A DNA stretch of 32,000 nucleotides from Candidatus Saccharimonadota bacterium. GTDB lineage: Bacteria; Patescibacteriota; Saccharimonadia; Saccharimonadales; UBA4665. A program made the position numbers and the translations under genes. The stretch lies in assembly GCA_016699955.1 (NCBI GenBank), contig CP064993.1, positions 480,001 to 512,000 of the forward strand, in the 5' to 3' direction. Every line of letters begins with the position of its first letter. Within the stretch, counting starts at the first letter, position 1. Below, piece by piece: positions 1-8,357 of the stretch. The notes below the pieces were generated by a model, which ran no database searches, was not told the origin of the DNA, and was given only the letters and a program-made list of their open reading frames with translations.

Positions 1-225
1 AAAATTGTTGCTTCCGGCGATATTGGCTACGCCAAGCCAGAGCCAGAAGCGTACGAGTTTGCTATACAGGCACTTGGCGTACTGCCGAGTGAATGTGTGT
101 TTATTGACGACCGAGATCATTTTTGTAGTGCAGCGCAAGCTCATGGCATGAAAGCTATAGTGTATACAGATTTTGCTCAATTTAAGCATGAGCTCGAGCA
201 CATTTTAGCAAATACGAAAGACTAG
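1..225 (+). CDS. HAD-superfamily hydrolase, C-terminal fragment (5' end outside window)
   Basis: Frame 1 is open from base 1 to TAG at 223-225. It reads KIVASGDIGYAKPEPEAYEFAIQALGVLPSECVFIDDRDHFCSAAQAHGMKAIVY... The K-P-x-P ... VFIDD ... GM pattern matches HAD subfamily I motifs III/IV. It is absent from the ORF track because the window edge truncates it. Confidence 0.55.
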   Translation, partial: KIVASGDIGYAKPEPEAYEFAIQALGVLPSECVFIDDRDHFCSAAQAHGMKAIVYTDFAQFKHELEHILANTKD

Positions 226-441
226 TTTTTTCTCTGTTGCGGCTGCTTTTTGTAAGGCAGGGGCATTTAGGCGTAGCGTGCCGATAAGGGCGGCACTGCG
301 AGCCGCAATGAGTAGGGTGCGTGGCTGCACGGTTACCTGGACTTCGTGGTCGTAGTGTCGCCGTACATAGTCTTTGATTGCGCGTACCTCAGGCGGCATA
401 TCAAAATCTTTTTTACTGAGTATGTCTGCAATTTCATCCAT
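205..441 (-). CDS. small hypothetical protein, possibly DUF721/DciA-like
   Basis: 78-aa ORF. The central segment VQVTVQPRTLLIAARSAALIGTLRLNAPALQKA...LVFRI resembles the DUF721 beta-strand/helix pattern by eye only. A TATACT box lies 8 nt upstream of the ATG on the minus strand. Confidence 0.35.
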   Translation of the reverse strand: MDEIADILSKKDFDMPPEVRAIKDYVRRHYDHEVQVTVQPRTLLIAARSAALIGTLRLNAPALQKAAATEKKLVFRIC

Positions 442-457
442 GGGGATATAGTATATA

Positions 458-506
458 GAGTTAAGAGTTAAGAGTTAAGAGTTAAGAGTTAAGAGTTAAG
501 GGTTTA
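458..506. repeat. heptanucleotide tandem repeat (GAGTTAA)x6 plus one degenerate copy GGGTTTA
   Basis: Direct reading gives perfect copies at 458-464, 465-471, 472-478, 479-485, 486-492 and 493-499, and a degenerate copy at 500-506. The array ends 3 nt before the mutM ATG (510). Confidence 0.95.
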
Positions 507-509
507 GGT

Positions 510-1385
510 ATGCCAGAGTTACCAGAAGTTGAAACTGTGCGTCGTGGCCTAGAGAAGCTCATTGTTGAGCGGTGCGTAGAAAGCGTAACTTGTATAGATT
601 CTCCAAAGAGCTTTCCAAACGTACCTAGCGAAGTGAAGCGTTTTCTGGTTGGCGCAAAGGTGATAGCTGTACGTCGGCGAGCAAAAGTGCTGATGATTGA
701 TCTTTCTTCTGGCTACACGCTGGTGACGCATTTGAAGATGACAGGGCAGCTTGTCTTTGTTGGCGAGCAGCGTTTTGGCGCCGGACACCCAAATGATAGT
801 CTCGTTGCTCGGCTACCAGACAAAAGTACCAGAGTAGCTTTGGTTTTCCTAGGCGAAAGTCATCTGTATTTTAACGATTTGCGTAAATTTGGCTGGATGA
901 AGCTTTTACCTACGGCAGAAGTAGCTAACCTTGCATTTATGCAAAAAGTTGGGCCAGAGCCACTGGAAAATTCGTTTACGGGCGATGTTCTATACGAGCG
1001 GCTGCAGCGGCGGAAGAACACCACCATAAAGGCTGCATTACTCGACCAGACTGTTCTGGCGGGTGTCGGGAATATTTATGCAGATGAGTCATTGTGGGCA
1101 GTAAAGTTACATCCGGCAACTCTTGTGAAAAATGTACCTAAAGCATCGGTAAAAAAATTGGCTATAGCAATTAAGGCTGTGATGAATTTGAGTATAGAAA
1201 AGGGCGGCAGCACGGATAAAAACTATGTCAATGCCGAAGGCAAGAAAGGCAGCTACCTTTCATTTGCAAATGTGTTCCGCCGCGAAGGCCAACCGTGTCC
1301 ACGTTGCGGCTCAACTATCAACAAAATTCGTGTCGCCAGCCGTGGTACCCACATTTGCTATTCATGTCAGATTATTGACAAATAA
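510..1385 (+). CDS. mutM: formamidopyrimidine-DNA glycosylase (Fpg/MutM)
   Basis: The canonical N-terminus MPELPEVETVRRGL carries the catalytic Pro2/Glu3. An H2TH region is present. The C-terminal zinc finger reads CPRCGSTINKIRVASRGTHICYSCQ. Confidence 0.9.
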   Translation: MPELPEVETVRRGLEKLIVERCVESVTCIDSPKSFPNVPSEVKRFLVGAKVIAVRRRAKVLMIDLSSGYTLVTHLKMTGQLVFVGEQRFGAGHPNDSLVARLPDKSTRVALVFLGESHLYFNDLRKFGWMKLLPTAEVANLAFMQKVGPEPLENSFTGDVLYERLQRRKNTTIKAALLDQTVLAGVGNIYADESLWAVKLHPATLVKNVPKASVKKLAIAIKAVMNLSIEKGGSTDKNYVNAEGKKGSYLSFANVFRREGQPCPRCGSTINKIRVASRGTHICYSCQIIDK

Positions 1386-1438
1386 ACATAAGTGTGATAA
1401 CCTTTATCTAGAACTAACCAAAATATAGTATTATCATC

Positions 1439-3532
1439 ATGTCAGAAAATAACACTCCGTTAGCGGTAAAAGGCATTGCAGCTGCAGCTAGTCTAGGTAT
1501 TTTCCTCAGTGGATGTACTGAAGGTTCTTCTGTATCTTCCGATGTAGCTACCTCTAGACCAAGCGATGGACATGTCCTATATGTTGGTGAAGGTTCTGCG
1601 TCTCCTACCGATACCCTCGCAAACCAGCTTGCACAAACACAAGCTATGCGCGCAAAAACAATGGAAAAAGGAGCTGACCTAGCGGCACTTGAGGCTAACA
1701 CGGGCACTTTAGCGGTAGGGGCGGCGGCTCTTAAAAAGACAATCCAGTTTAAGATGGCAGAAAAGACGTTACCGTTTCCGGATCAGTCACGGTATGACAA
1801 AACTATGATAGACAACATCCAATTTCAAAAGGCATCAAATCAAATCACCGACCCTGATATTCGGAAATCATACCAAGAAATCTTCAAAAGCGGTATTGTT
1901 ACGAAAGTTTTAAATGGCGTGAGGTTTGATGATATAGAACAAGACGAAGCTCGTGCATCACTGGATAGTGTGGAGCCCAAATTATCGGAAAAATATTCAA
2001 AAACCCTAGATGACCTTGATGTCTCGGGCGCAGTTATTCGAAAATACTACGACCCAGCCGCTATTTTAGAAGATATTACCGATGTACGAAGCCTTGCACT
2101 TAAGGAAAAAGCTACCAAATATGCCAATACACAAACCGGTAGCAGCGCTAGCAGGAAATTATATAAAGAGCTGAGCACGCAGGGTGATGAAGCAATAAAA
2201 GTTGCGGAGGCAGCAAGTGATTCATATTTCACGAAATTTGAGGTTGAAAGACGCTATCTGGCGGCTGGTAAACTCGTAGATGCCGCTGCACGGGAAGTTA
2301 TTATCAATCACAACGCAGGTATTGTCGCTCCTCAAGAAGTAACTTTTCATCCTCTCGATAATCCATCCAAAAAAATTGATTTAAAACAGGTCAAGGGGCC
2401 GAAGAAGTACTATTCTACGCTGGATCCAAGCAAGCCGCCGCTTGCCCAGTTTGCTGAAGTATATGTGCAGAATGGCAATGTCGCATTTCGGTTTGAGGAG
2501 GGTAGTAATGTTACATCGGAAGCGGCTGCACAAATGCAAAAGATCGTTGGTGATGTCTCACCCCTGCTTGCCCACGCATTTCAGGCTGGTGATCTCGTAA
2601 CCGTACGATTCATAATAGGAAATACTTATAACCCATATTTTGTTCTTCGCGCTAAGGAAGTGCATATGGTACTTTCTGACGTTGATCCGTTGAGCGAAGA
2701 ACAGCTACGTCAAGGTCTAGTCCACGAGGTAACGCACTCGATGGTAGATGCCGCATTTGGCGAAGAAATAATCAGTAAACATGAAGCTAGTCTCGTTAAA
2801 AACGCCTGCAGGCTACTCACGAATGAAGCATATTCACAATACACCCAAGCACTAAAACTTAGCCCCGAAGCTGTGCAACGGTTGATTGATAAGACAAGTG
2901 GCGATGCCCAGAAATTTTTTTTGAATCTAAAAGAGCGCGTCGATACTGGAAGCCTTTCCGAGATAGCTGAAAGCAGTATGGCGGAAAGTGTGGTTACGGA
3001 AACGGACATTAATTGGACTGATTGTAATGACCATACTTTCGGTGACTTTGCGGTGGCGCTAGGATATGATGCGGGTTTGTCCAATCCCAGATCTGTATAT
3101 AAAAATATCCAAGAAAAATATATGCCTGATGCTCTCTCAGGCCCTACGCCGACTAGCGGTAACGCGACTGCGACACCCGCGAGTACGGAAAGTAATGACC
3201 CGGACTTTTATGCAGTGGTTAAGGGCTGGGATGATGCTGTCAGTAAGTACTCTCTGTTTAGACGTTTGAATGAGGCATCATTTGTGCGAACTGATTCATG
3301 GACGAAAGAGTATTTAGGGCATTCGCGTGACAACGCACATGAGCTGATGGCTACGGTGTTTGACGTATCGCTCAGTAATCCGGCTGAGCTAAAACAACTC
3401 ATATCTGGTTTAAATGCAAACGAACGAAATGCAGTATATGCCGCAATCAATGCTACTTATACGACCATCACTTCCAGGCATCCTGCGCTCGCTACTAGCC
3501 TTCGTGCTTGGCAGGCACAATTTATAATATAG
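1439..3532 (+). CDS. putative lipoprotein with HEXXH zinc-metallopeptidase-like motif
   Basis: The N-terminus ...AAAASLGIFLSGC contains a lipobox (L-S-G-C). An HEVTH motif sits in the context GLVHEVTHSMVD. I recognise no other family signature. A TAGTAT box at 1426-1431 lies 7 nt upstream of the ATG. Confidence 0.65.
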   Translation: MSENNTPLAVKGIAAAASLGIFLSGCTEGSSVSSDVATSRPSDGHVLYVGEGSASPTDTLANQLAQTQAMRAKTMEKGADLAALEANTGTLAVGAAALKKTIQFKMAEKTLPFPDQSRYDKTMIDNIQFQKASNQITDPDIRKSYQEIFKSGIVTKVLNGVRFDDIEQDEARASLDSVEPKLSEKYSKTLDDLDVSGAVIRKYYDPAAILEDITDVRSLALKEKATKYANTQTGSSASRKLYKELSTQGDEAIKVAEAASDSYFTKFEVERRYLAAGKLVDAAAREVIINHNAGIVAPQEVTFHPLDNPSKKIDLKQVKGPKKYYSTLDPSKPPLAQFAEVYVQNGNVAFRFEEGSNVTSEAAAQMQKIVGDVSPLLAHAFQAGDLVTVRFIIGNTYNPYFVLRAKEVHMVLSDVDPLSEEQLRQGLVHEVTHSMVDAAFGEEIISKHEASLVKNACRLLTNEAYSQYTQALKLSPEAVQRLIDKTSGDAQKFFLNLKERVDTGSLSEIAESSMAESVVTETDINWTDCNDHTFGDFAVALGYDAGLSNPRSVYKNIQEKYMPDALSGPTPTSGNATATPASTESNDPDFYAVVKGWDDAVSKYSLFRRLNEASFVRTDSWTKEYLGHSRDNAHELMATVFDVSLSNPAELKQLISGLNANERNAVYAAINATYTTITSRHPALATSLRAWQAQFII

Positions 3533-3545
3533 ACAGCAGATACAA

Positions 3546-5726
3546 CTATAGCTTTCGGAGGAGATGGTGGACGGCGGGGCTGTTGGGGAGGCGGTAGTTG
3601 GCTAGAGTGCGACCGCGCCCGACTTTTATGGTGTAGCTGGACGTCGGTAGGGCGGCAAACATATCTTCGTCAGTGGTATCATCACCTATGGCTAGAATAA
3701 AGTCCTGGTCATGCAAAAGCCATTCCTGGGTGATATGACCCTTGCTGACGTCGAGATGATGAACCTCCAGCACCATATTTCCGTCAACAACACCCAGTGT
3801 TTCGCGCTGTGCAATCGGTCGCAATAGTTTTTTTAGTATGACAAGGTTTTTTTGCGCGGCAAATGGCGCGGCGTTGCGGTAATGCCACGCAAGGCTCCAT
3901 TCCTTGCGCTCCACGAAAGCACCCGGGGTTTGCTGGGCATAGTGCTTAAAAATTTTTGTGACTGCCTTCTCCCAGCGTAAAGAGTGTTGATTGGTTTTGC
4001 GCCATGTTTTATGGTCGCGTAACCGGATAAACCCGCCGTGCTCGGCAACGAGAGTTATGGGGAGCGAACCGAGCCAATCCATAAGATTTAACCGGTCACG
4101 CCCGCTGATAACCGCAACGTGATTACGAGGATCTTTTGCAAGCCGTTTGAGTACGGCGATGGTTGAACGCGACGGTTCAGCATCTTGAGGCCGTTTTTTA
4201 ATGGGTTCGAGTGTCCCGTCGTAATCAAAGAGGATAAGTCGTTTGCGAGCTTGATGGTAATCGGCAACAAGCTCTTTTGTTTGTACCGGGCCTAAGTTGC
4301 GTGCAAGGCGGATGCTTGGAGTTGGTATGGGTCGTTCAAGCAGGTCTATAAACCCGGACGCCCATTTATCGATGGTGTTTCTGCGAAGCTGTTTTTGCAT
4401 TTTGCGGGTTCGGCGCAAGAAGCCACCGGGCGTCATGTTGAGCGCTTCACTGAGCCCAGACACGAGGCTGCGAAGTTTGTAGGGATTGACGAGTACAGCG
4501 TCTTTTAGCTCTTCCGCCGCTCCAGCTGTTTCGCTGAGAACAAGTATGCCATCGCTCTTTGGGTGGCTGGCCAGATACTCTTTTGCAACTAAATTCATAC
4601 CGTCGCGGATGGGGGCGATAAATGCAACATCCGCACGTTGATATAAAGCAGCGTACTCTGCAAAAGCCTGTGTCGCAAAGATAACCTCAACTGGTTGCCA
4701 GCGGCGTGTGCCATACTGGGTATTAATTTGCTGGACTAGTTTTTCAACATCGACACGAAGCTGTTGGTAGGCGGCAATTTCAGTGCGGGAGGGCATTGCC
4801 TGCATGACCATTACTACCTTGCCGCGGAGTTCTGGGTTTTCGGCAATTAGCACACGGTAGGCTTTTAGCCGGCCGACAAGACCTTTTGAAGGGTCAAGTC
4901 GGTCTATCGTAAGAATGACTTTTCTGCCGCGGTATTTCCAGAGTAACTTTTTGTGTTCAATACTCACGTCAATTGAGCGGCTCGCATCGGCGAACTTTTT
5001 GTAGTCTATGCCAATAGGTAGGTCAGTTACGCGGACAACTCTTTCAGGCAAGACTACTTTGCGTGGTCCAACCACACCGATGCCAAGATGATGGCAGGCT
5101 GAGAGGAAATTTTCAGTGTAGCCAGAGGTGTGCATGCCGACTAGATCTGCTCCTAGGAGGCCTTTCGTAATAGATGCAGCATGTTTAGAGGCGAGAAAGA
5201 GATCTGGCGACGGAAAAGGAATATGCAAAAAGAAGCCAATGCGACCCTTTGGGCGGGCGACTCGGAGCATTTCGGGTAGCAGCATGAGCTGGTAGTCGTG
5301 CAGCCAGAGTCTATCTGCTTCTTTGCTCAGGGCAAGTGTCGCCTCGGCGTACTTTCGGTTCACCTCTGTGTATATACGCCAGTTTGTTGCGGTGTCGCCG
5401 GTGCTAACTTGCATGTGATGAAATAGTGGCCAGAGAACGCTGTTACTGTAGCCGTTGTAAAAGCCATCTAACTGTTTTTGGGTTAGGAAAACAGGGTAGC
5501 AGTGACTTTTTTTGAGCTCTTTGGAGATATTTGCTTCCTCAGCCTCAGTGAGGTCGTCGCTGGCTATGCCTGGCCAGCCTATCCAGCGGTTAGCACCGGC
5601 ATTTGCGTACGAAGATAAGCCGGTGGCCAGCCCTCCTGCAGAAGGGTAATACTTTAGCTTGCCATCCACCTTTTTGACACTCACTGGCAGCCGGTTGGAA
5701 ACAATCACAACTTTCGGCATATGCAC
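3546..5726 (-). CDS. bifunctional trehalose-6-phosphate synthase / trehalose-6-phosphate phosphatase (OtsA-OtsB fusion)
   Basis: The N-terminal GT20 signatures are [28 protein letters not shown] and FFLHIPFP. The C-terminal HAD phosphatase signatures are [10 protein letters not shown] and [12 protein letters not shown]. The start may be the second in-frame Met (MPKVV). Confidence 0.85.
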   Translation of the reverse strand: MHMPKVVIVSNRLPVSVKKVDGKLKYYPSAGGLATGLSSYANAGANRWIGWPGIASDDLTEAEEANISKELKKSHCYPVFLTQKQLDGFYNGYSNSVLWPLFHHMQVSTGDTATNWRIYTEVNRKYAEATLALSKEADRLWLHDYQLMLLPEMLRVARPKGRIGFFLHIPFPSPDLFLASKHAASITKGLLGADLVGMHTSGYTENFLSACHHLGIGVVGPRKVVLPERVVRVTDLPIGIDYKKFADASRSIDVSIEHKKLLWKYRGRKVILTIDRLDPSKGLVGRLKAYRVLIAENPELRGKVVMVMQAMPSRTEIAAYQQLRVDVEKLVQQINTQYGTRRWQPVEVIFATQAFAEYAALYQRADVAFIAPIRDGMNLVAKEYLASHPKSDGILVLSETAGAAEELKDAVLVNPYKLRSLVSGLSEALNMTPGGFLRRTRKMQKQLRRNTIDKWASGFIDLLERPIPTPSIRLARNLGPVQTKELVADYHQARKRLILFDYDGTLEPIKKRPQDAEPSRSTIAVLKRLAKDPRNHVAVISGRDRLNLMDWLGSLPITLVAEHGGFIRLRDHKTWRKTNQHSLRWEKAVTKIFKHYAQQTPGAFVERKEWSLAWHYRNAAPFAAQKNLVILKKLLRPIAQRETLGVVDGNMVLEVHHLDVSKGHITQEWLLHDQDFILAIGDDTTDEDMFAALPTSSYTIKVGRGRTLANYRLPNSPAVHHLLRKL

Positions 5727-5793
5727 TCATTATCTCACATCCTTCGAACCGCCGTAACCAAGTTCACATAAAGTATGTACAAAACCACAAACA

Positions 5794-5822
5794 TTGACAA
5801 ACCACAACCTTTTTGCTATTGT
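5794..5822 (+). promoter_or_regulatory. sigma70-like promoter candidate (TTGACA-17 nt-TATTGT)
   Basis: TTGACA lies at 5794-5799 and TATTGT at 5817-5822, with a 17-nt spacer. It sits inside the ORF-track N-terminal extension (5775), which argues for the ATG at 5850 as the real start. Confidence 0.4.
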
Positions 5823-5849
5823 ATGTATTGGATAATAAAACAAAATAAT

Positions 5850-6761
5850 ATGTCTGAAACAAACGTATCGATTAACAACCTTGACCCAACTTTATATGAG
5901 CTTTCAGAGGCTCAGCTTGCCGCAGTAAAGTTATTTGAACTTCCCGACAAAGAGTTTGAAGATGCATTGCCTGGTTTTGTCGAGCAGCGTATCGCGCAGC
6001 TGTCAGAGGGGGTAAGCCGGGATACCGTTACTGGCTCAACTCCGCCTTTTTCGACATTCATCCCTCCTGATAGACCATTGTTCCCCGCCGAGGATGTAAT
6101 TGACCAGCAACCATTCTTGCTAGATGATCCTAACGCCTACCAAGCAGCTATTGCCCGTGTACGTTCGTCATATTTGCATCGTGTCCTGCGCCAGGACAAG
6201 AGTCCCAATGTGGCCAAGGCATTTCTTAATGCTGCCGTGTGGGGTACGTTTGAGGCGCAGGCGCTATATTTTGGCTCATACTACGGTTCCACAATGGAGC
6301 GGCTTAATAAACTGGAGCAAAAAGCAGACACGTTAAGAAATGTTTCGGTGTCAGAGCTTGGCGATAGTGCTATGTGTATGGAGCGAGCGGGTATTGTGCA
6401 TAACAGTCTAATGCTCCTTGGCGTCCCAACAGAGTACTTCAACGGCAAACTTAAAAAATATGACAACGAAGGAAAACTACTGAAGATTGAGGGGCATGCT
6501 TACCTCATAGTGGAAGGCACCGCAGGGGCAAAATATCTGTATGATCCGGCGAACCCTAAGCTTACAGAGTACCTCGAGCAAGGTGTAAGCAAAGCCGCGC
6601 CGAACGTCAAAAAGATTGTAGACGGGGAAGCTGATACAGTTGTAATACCTTGGCAGCGGGTTGTACGCTCCGGGGGCGGTGAAGATGTGATGCCCGCCGG
6701 AGAGTGGCATTACATCAGTAATACATCTTTTGGAGCCCTCGGCCGTATGGCTATGATGTAG
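5850..6761 (+). CDS. hypothetical protein with transglutaminase-like Cys-His-Asp core pattern
   Basis: AMCMERAGIVHNSLMLLGVPTEYFNG ... EGHAYLIVEG ... YLYDPANP matches the C...G-(I/V)-P...H-A-(W/Y)...D-P layout of transglutaminase-like cysteine-protease folds. The start was moved from 5775 to the ATG at 5850 (MSETNV) because a promoter candidate lies upstream of it. Confidence 0.45.
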   Translation: MSETNVSINNLDPTLYELSEAQLAAVKLFELPDKEFEDALPGFVEQRIAQLSEGVSRDTVTGSTPPFSTFIPPDRPLFPAEDVIDQQPFLLDDPNAYQAAIARVRSSYLHRVLRQDKSPNVAKAFLNAAVWGTFEAQALYFGSYYGSTMERLNKLEQKADTLRNVSVSELGDSAMCMERAGIVHNSLMLLGVPTEYFNGKLKKYDNEGKLLKIEGHAYLIVEGTAGAKYLYDPANPKLTEYLEQGVSKAAPNVKKIVDGEADTVVIPWQRVVRSGGGEDVMPAGEWHYISNTSFGALGRMAMM

Positions 6762-6765
6762 AATA

Positions 6766-7695
6766 GTGTTAATGATTACGACGCTGACTGGGGAGAATGA
6801 GGTTGAACGGGCTGCGGAGCTACGGCGGCGTGTTGCTGACTTTGAGAAAGAATATGGTGATATGGCTGTGGAACGGGTGGACGGGGAAGAGGCAAGTTAT
6901 GATCGGATGTGCGAAGCGGTACAGAGCTTGCCGTTTTTGGTAAGCCGGAAGTTAGTAGTGCTGCGGGCGCCGAGTGCGAATAGCGAGTTTACTGATAAGT
7001 TTGAGGACTTTCTTAATGCCGCTGCCGACACAAACGACGTTATTATCATCGAACCGAAGCTAGACAAGCGGTTCGGCTATTATAAGCGACTGAAAAAACT
7101 GACAGAATTTAGGGAATTTCCCGTACTCGATGCAAATGGCCTTGTACGTTTTGCGGTTCGGTATACGAAAGAGCAAGGGGGCACGCTGACAACAAATGAT
7201 GCAAACTTGCTCGTTGAGCGTGTTGGTATCAGCCAAATTTCGCTGCAAAACGAAATTGACAAGTTGCTTACCTATAGCACAAATGTAACGAAGGAAAGCA
7301 TTGAGCTTCTGACCGAAAAAACACCGCAAAGCAGCATTTTTGACCTTGTGGACGCGGCTTTTCGGGGTGACAAAAAGCGAACAATGGCCATGTATGCCGA
7401 GCAGCGTGCGCTCAAGGTTGATCCGAAGCAAATTGTTGGAATGCTGGCGTGGCAATTGCATGTGCTGGCGCTGGTAAAAACGGCCAAGAATCGCAGCGCC
7501 GACGACATTGCGCGTGAGGCAAAGCTGAATCCGTATGTTGTACGTAAAACGCAGCATTTATCACAGAATTTAAGTCTCGTACGGCTTAAGCAGCTTGTCA
7601 CGATGTTGCGTGAATTTGACATCCGTATGAAAACTGAGGGTGTTATGCCAGATGATCTGATGCGCTACTACCTTATACAATTAGCAGAAGTATAA
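6766..7695 (+). CDS. holA: DNA polymerase III subunit delta
   Basis: The length is about 309 aa. The N-terminal LTGENEVERA and the C-terminal segment SIFDLVDAAFRGDKKRTMAMYAEQRALKVDPKQIVGMLAWQLHVLALVK fit the HolA pattern. The start could be GTG 6766 or ATG 6772. Confidence 0.6.
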   Translation: MLMITTLTGENEVERAAELRRRVADFEKEYGDMAVERVDGEEASYDRMCEAVQSLPFLVSRKLVVLRAPSANSEFTDKFEDFLNAAADTNDVIIIEPKLDKRFGYYKRLKKLTEFREFPVLDANGLVRFAVRYTKEQGGTLTTNDANLLVERVGISQISLQNEIDKLLTYSTNVTKESIELLTEKTPQSSIFDLVDAAFRGDKKRTMAMYAEQRALKVDPKQIVGMLAWQLHVLALVKTAKNRSADDIAREAKLNPYVVRKTQHLSQNLSLVRLKQLVTMLREFDIRMKTEGVMPDDLMRYYLIQLAEV

Positions 7696-7777
7696 TAGAC
7701 TCACGCAAAACTTCCGCCGCCTACAGACCCGCTACGAGCGGCTTATAAGTAACTTCTTTTGCTGTGGTAGCCGGCAG

Positions 7778-8188
7778 CTATTTTTTCTTGGCTGGAGCCT
7801 TTTTGGCGGCTGGTTTTTTGGCAGGAGCAGCTTTTTTTGCGGGAGCTTTCTTGACGGGAGTTTTCTTGGCTGGAGCTTTTTTCACAGGAGTAGCTTTAAC
7901 CTTGTCGTTCTTGACGCCGCTGGGAACTCCGGCGGCACGTGCGTTACGGGCGGCTTGGGACTTTTTACGGGCGGCCTTGTTTTTGTGCATAATGCCTTTT
8001 TTAGCAGCCTTGTCGAGTTCGCTCTGTACTTTGTCGAGTGCCTTGACGGCTTTTTTCTTGTCGGTGGCTGTCAGCGCTTTGCCGAAGGCTTTAATAGCGG
8101 TTTTTAGGCTGCGCTTGGTTTTGCTATTACGAATGGTAGCTTTTGTTGCGACTTTCACACGTTTTTTAGCTGATTTGATGATAGGCAT
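7778..8188 (-). CDS. rpsT: 30S ribosomal protein S20 with about 50-aa C-terminal Lys/Ala/Pro-rich extension
   Basis: MPIIKSAKKRVKVATKATIRNSKTKRSLKTAIKAF...KGIMHKNKAARKKSQ is the S20 signature. The tail reads ...KATPVKKAPAKKTPVKKAPAKKAAPAKKPAAKKAPAKKK. A GAGGA Shine-Dalgarno lies upstream. The plus-strand ORF 7764-8201 is its antisense shadow. Confidence 0.9.
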   Translation of the reverse strand: MPIIKSAKKRVKVATKATIRNSKTKRSLKTAIKAFGKALTATDKKKAVKALDKVQSELDKAAKKGIMHKNKAARKKSQAARNARAAGVPSGVKNDKVKATPVKKAPAKKTPVKKAPAKKAAPAKKPAAKKAPAKKK

Positions 8189-8283
8189 ATATTTCCTCTA
8201 GTTCCTTATTTTCAAGTTATGATTTCTCTTTGGAGACTATACAGGGGTGAGAAGAGATTGTAAAGTGTGCCGCCTGTTTTTAT

Positions 8284-8313
8284 TTGCGAAAAGCTTGCGC
8301 TTGGTGATATGAT
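8284..8313 (+). promoter_or_regulatory. promoter candidate TTGCGA-18 nt-(TGa)TATGAT
   Basis: TTGCGA lies at 8284-8289 and an extended -10 TGATATGAT at 8305-8313. The predicted transcription start is downstream of GTG 8316, which favours ATG 8358 as the start codon. Confidence 0.4.
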
Positions 8314-8357
8314 AGGTGCGGAAAACTCTGTTCAAAAATCAAACAACCAAACAATCA

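Noticed and set aside
458-506. CRISPR-like or other spacer-containing array
   Set aside because: It is a pure 7-bp tandem repeat with no spacers, and no cas genes are in the window.
5775-5849. N-terminal extension of the 5850 gene (MYKTTNIDKPQPFCYCMYWIIKQNN)
   Set aside because: A TTGACA-17-TATTGT promoter candidate lies inside it, and the extension is AT-rich with atypical composition.
7764-8201. 145-aa plus-strand ORF rich in Phe/Leu/Ala
   Set aside because: It is the exact antisense shadow of rpsT and its Lys/Ala repeat tail. The low-complexity translation has no start context.
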